The notes beneath the pieces are model-generated. The model ran no database searches and was not told where the DNA came from. It saw only the letters and a list, made by a program, of their open reading frames with translations. A DNA stretch of 64,000 nt from Ginglymostoma cirratum (Eukaryota): contig JAHRHZ010000043.1 in NCBI GenBank assembly GCA_024137785.1, forward strand, positions 31,834,813-31,898,812, read 5' to 3'. The translations under genes and the position numbers were made by a program. Numbering within the stretch: the stretch's first letter is position 1; every line of letters begins with the position of its first letter. Shown in pieces: positions 59,801 through 64,000 of this stretch.

Positions 59801-61109
59801 ATTTGATAATTATTTCTACCAGCTTGATCTCTTAAATACTACATTCAAAATATAAAAGAATCTGATACATATTTTAACAATTCTATTCCCTATACCCCTT
59901 TTACTGTCTTTTTCAGCAGTTTGTTTTTGGTGGTTAATATTCCTTTGGTTAATAATCTTTGTACTTCACTAATTCCACATATTTTCTCACCTATTATTAA
60001 ATATCCTTTTCACAGTGTACATTTCTAAAAATGTACTACATTGTATGCGAAGCATTCTAACCTGCGATAAGGTGTATCTTTGAAAAGAAAATTGGATACA
60101 TATTTGAAGCAAGGGAAGATACAGAACAATAGAGAAATGCAGGGCATTGGGAATGTTAATGGATTGCAAAATTACTTGCTTTGGTGGTGGAAACTTTACA
60201 TTATGTCAAACAGATACTGCTAGTGCTCTCTTGACAAGTGCAATCCATCAGGCCACGCCAGTTGTTTTCATTGCTGTCTGAGATACAGGATATATTGATA
60301 TCTCTAGATGGCACAGAGTACGTGCCACCTGACCTGCCTGGCATCCCTTGGCACATTCTGTTAAATATGTCATACGGGGCATTCCCATTATGAAACACGT
60401 ACCATAGAATTTATGGCATGGTAGGGAAACGGTTATATCTCTTAATGATAGCAGCTAATCAAAATCAAAGTCATCTATTTAAGAATACTTAATAATTATA
60501 ATTTTCTTTGGAAGGATGGGCTAGGCAGGGGAAGTGGTTTCGTCCGCAATTATATCATGATAGGTGAGTTATTCTTATTCCCCTTATCATCTGACCTTTT
60601 GACATAATAATAATAATCATATTGAATTACGACCATTTTATGTTGTAGCTCTCATCAGCAAGAAGTTAAATTTGAAATGAGCCAGCTTAATTTCCCTAGC
60701 TAAGTCTAAATAGCAAAAAGCTAAAAGCAAGAAGATATGATGATCTTGATTTACAGTTTCTGGGCTGATGGGGTTATGTTAAAGCACACTGCCACTAGGT
60801 CCCTTATTGGAATGAGGTCTTCATTATCTCTGAGATTATCTCTGTCTGAGCAGACTTTGATCTAAGGATCCAAATAAGAAAATGGCTATGCACTAACCAG
60901 GTATGTCATGTGGCTCCTTGTTTTTTCTCTGTCGAAGTTACATTTCCTGAGCATCCAAGGTATTAGTAACAGATTCAACTTGTTCTTAATTTTGCACATC
61001 TGTCATATTTACTCGGCTCTGTTCTTTCCCAGCTCAGGCATTTGCCCACATGGATTTGCATCAAAACAGCCCTTGTCATGTGATTAGCCATGAAGTTAGG
61101 CAGATGGAG

Positions 61110-61446
61110 GAGACTAGATGTTGCTTCCTGAACATCCATAGGTCTTTGTTCAAGGGTAGATGATTCCAGAAAAAGAGGGCATGGGTTTAAGTTAGGAGGG
61201 GAAAGATTTAAAAGTGTCCTAAGAGGCAACCATTTCACAGAGAGGATGGTGCGTTTATGGATGAGCTGCCAGGTACAGGCAGTACAATTACTATATTTAA
61301 AAGACATTTGGACAGGTACATAAATAGGAAATGTTTAAGGGCCATGGGCCAAATGCAGGCAAATGGGAATAATTTAGTTTGGGAAAACTAGTTGGCATGG
61401 ATGACTTGGACAAAAAGGTCTTTTTCCGCGCTGTATGACTCTATGT
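61110..61446 (+). mobile_element. CR1 3' end
   Basis: ttcacagagaggatggtg..tggatgagctgcc..tttaaaagacatttggac..ctgtatgactctatg. Confidence 0.85.
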
Positions 61447-61789
61447 TACAGTGCAACAGTAGATCTACATAAGTCACATTTAAACTTTCAAATAACTATG
61501 TCCTGAGAAATATTTCTACCATATTTCCTGAATTTAGTGGATCACCAGTTGGGGTAAATGTCAAATTATGATTCTCTTGTTGAATCATTTTTGTTTGTCA
61601 TTTTTGGTACATTTTTCAAATAAATGCAATTTCAACAATTAAGGAAAAATCACACAAGCAACTCAATAGACTCTCCAGTCACTTTCTATACTTGGTTTGG
61701 AATATTATTTATGCATCAGACGACATCCGGTTGCTGACAGCACAGTTGGCCAACATTTGTGTGTCAATAAGTGAATTGCCATGTTATGC

Positions 61790-62078
61790 CTTGGTTTGGA
61801 ATGGAGCCATTTGGATGTAGCCATCCCATATTCAATCACCAGTCTGCACTGAGTTAGGTTATCTCCCTCGGGATGGCAATAAGGACATTACTACAGACGT
61901 CCTCCTGTCACATTCAAGAAGGGGCACGAAACATGACTTGAAAACAGGACCAAGCTGGTCTGCCCCACTCTGACAGCATTGAGTGGCATTTCAACACTCA
62001 CAGTCTCAGCTGCCTCGCTAAAAGAATGCCAGCTTGGATGATGTAGTGGAAGCTTGATGGCATAAGTGGCACTGTGCC
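61790..62078 (+). mobile_element. Ancient SINE-like repeat, family not named
   Basis: ttcaatcaccagtctgcactgagttag..cactcacagtctcagc..gaatgccagcttgg resembles a recurrent shark repeat (from memory). Confidence 0.4.
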
Positions 62079-62817
62079 GGAGAATGATTCAGATTTGTTT
62101 AGACAGAACAGAAATTTTGAAACGGAAGGATAATTTTTTTTTTAAACGTGTGACATTCTATCATTATTAACATCTCTTAACCCAAACGATTGCTGAACAA
62201 CCACGCTTAAGAGTTTGTGCAATTTCTATAATATCCCTTGTCAATAATGGCTTGTTGCTCAGGTAACACTGCTAAAATTTTCTTTAAAAATGGGCAGCTT
62301 TCACAACACTTATTGACTGTTTTCATATTAAGATCAGTAATGCAAAACGGTAGCACATCTAAAAGCATCAGTTAGTGGTTTTGGAGCAGATTTCAGAACA
62401 TAGTCATGGGAACAATGGAAGATATAGGGATTTAACCAGAGGAAAGAAAAGTGCAAGGTAAGTAGGTATTATAGAGGACCTGAACGATCTGAAGAGTCTG
62501 CTATTTCAGGCTGGAGCAGGGGAAGCAGGAGGACACCAAGAATAGAGTCCCAAGTTACATATCAATGGAATTCTCCTTCATTTAAACAGAGAGAGGAATT
62601 TTATATGACTTTATATTAACTCTCCAGTAATTACTTTAAAACCTGTGATTGATTTGGAGTAGGAGGAATGGAGAGAGAGATTGACACAAACCATTTCTTT
62701 CGATCTCTCCATGTATCAACATGAATGGTACATGTTAAAGCAATTGAACAAAATTAACCATTTGTTAGGTGAAACATTGCAATTAGAAAGCCTAACTAAT
62801 CAGTGATTCTACATCAT

Positions 62818-63125
62818 TGTGGCAGGCATGGTGTCTCAGTGGTTAGCGATGCTGCCCCACAGCCTCAGGCAATGGTCTGCGCAGAGTTTGCACGGTCTCC
62901 TTGTGTCTCTGTGGGTTTCCTTCGGGTGCTCTGGTTTCCTCTCACTGTCCAAAGATATGCAGATCACGTGGATTGACCATGCTAAATTGTCCATAGTGTT
63001 CAGGGATATGAAGGTTAGATGGATTAGCCATGGAAGATGCAGGGATAGAGTAGGGGGAGTGAGTCTGGGTGGGATGCTCTTCGGCGAGTTGGTGTTGGGC
63101 TGAATGGCCTGTTTGCACACTGTAG
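62818..63125 (+). mobile_element. HE1-type V-SINE
   Basis: Head, V-domain and tail. Confidence 0.9.
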
Positions 63126-63665
63126 CGGTCCAATGAAATCATACCTCCAGCTCTTAAATGGCTTGGCTGCAACCCAAAACATTTGATGCAACAACTTAAA
63201 TAGCCATAATGTAGTCTTGGTCTCCGTGACCTTCTGGATATTCATTTCTATCATTCGTTTCAAATAGACTAGTCCCTAAAGTCTCAAATATATTGAAATA
63301 AAATCCTTAAGCACCATGTTTTGTAGGTGTTTTGTTAAACTGTTTTAATTGGTCTAATTAATGCACGTCTAAGCAATTTTCCATTGCAGTCAACTCAGAC
63401 TTTATTTATTTTCTTGAATCCTCTTACGAATTGCCATCTCAACTACAATGGAAACAAAATTGAAAAATTATTAGCTTTTCTCACACCACCTTCCTCTCAC
63501 ACCGAGTGGTCATTTTCAGTTACAAGCAGCCTGTCCAAGTCATCATTCTTCAAACATAAACACGAGTGTGGATGGTAGTATGGCATTATTTTTATTTACA
63601 GTGCAGCAATGTAACTCAAACTTGCCTGTATCCAAAACGCGTACATATCCTCTTTCCTTTCGCAG

Positions 63666-63726
63666 TCTCTGGTTCAGCATTAGAGATGGTCAGAATCATT
63701 TCCAACAGAGAAGAGCCTCATTTGAG
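63666..63726 (+). other. Candidate spliced exon of an unidentified transcript
   Basis: tcctctttcctttcgcag acceptor and GAG|gtaagt donor in unique sequence. Confidence 0.35.
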
Positions 63727-63933
63727 GTAAGTATGGGTCAGGGACCGGACTGTCACACCATTCACACACCTGCATAACTACCCTTGAGAATTAGCACTTT
63801 TAGGACCCTCCTCAAAACTAGAGGTCAGTAAACATGACTCATCCTGCACATCCCCCACCCCAACACACTTTGAGGATTGAACCTGTGACCTCTGGTCTCC
63901 ATTGTTCTGTATCACACTATATCACACACTAGA

Positions 63934-64000
63934 GGGTGGCAAGGTGGCTCAGTGGTTAGTACTGCTGCCTCACAGCTGCCAGGGTCCAGGGATTAATTCC
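63934..64000 (+). mobile_element. HE1 SINE head, cut by window end
   Basis: gggtggcaaggtggctcagtggttagtactgctgcctcacag. Confidence 0.88.

Noticed and set aside
60176-60398. Minus-strand coding exon
   Set aside because: All three frames between the plausible splice sites contain stops.

Overview
Repeat-dense, AT-rich vertebrate DNA. The repeat families (HE1-type V-SINEs, CR1/HER1 LINEs, Deu-domain SINEs, Penelope elements) point to a shark or other elasmobranch. I recognise no host protein-coding gene. Every ORF with a recognisable product comes from a decayed transposable element: two Ty3/Gypsy fragments, Penelope RT/GIY-YIG copies, CR1, L2/CR1-group, RTE and Rex1/Babar LINEs, and Harbinger remnants. 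The window looks like a large intron or gene desert with several enhancer-like unique blocks and a few weak exon candidates on the + strand. Best leads: (1) ~170-250 bp hairpin elements made of two inverted Penelope termini, the best copies with hammerhead-ribozyme cores, flanked by 11-16 bp target-site duplications (TSDs); (2) a composite retroposon family with a GC-rich/VNTR head and a Rex1-like tail; (3) a ~540 bp inverted duplication at 52-53.5 kb with the same SINE copy in both arms; (4) a speculative three-exon secreted prepropeptide. Repeat boundaries and identities were judged by eye and are approximate. Family names come from remembered motifs, not database searches.
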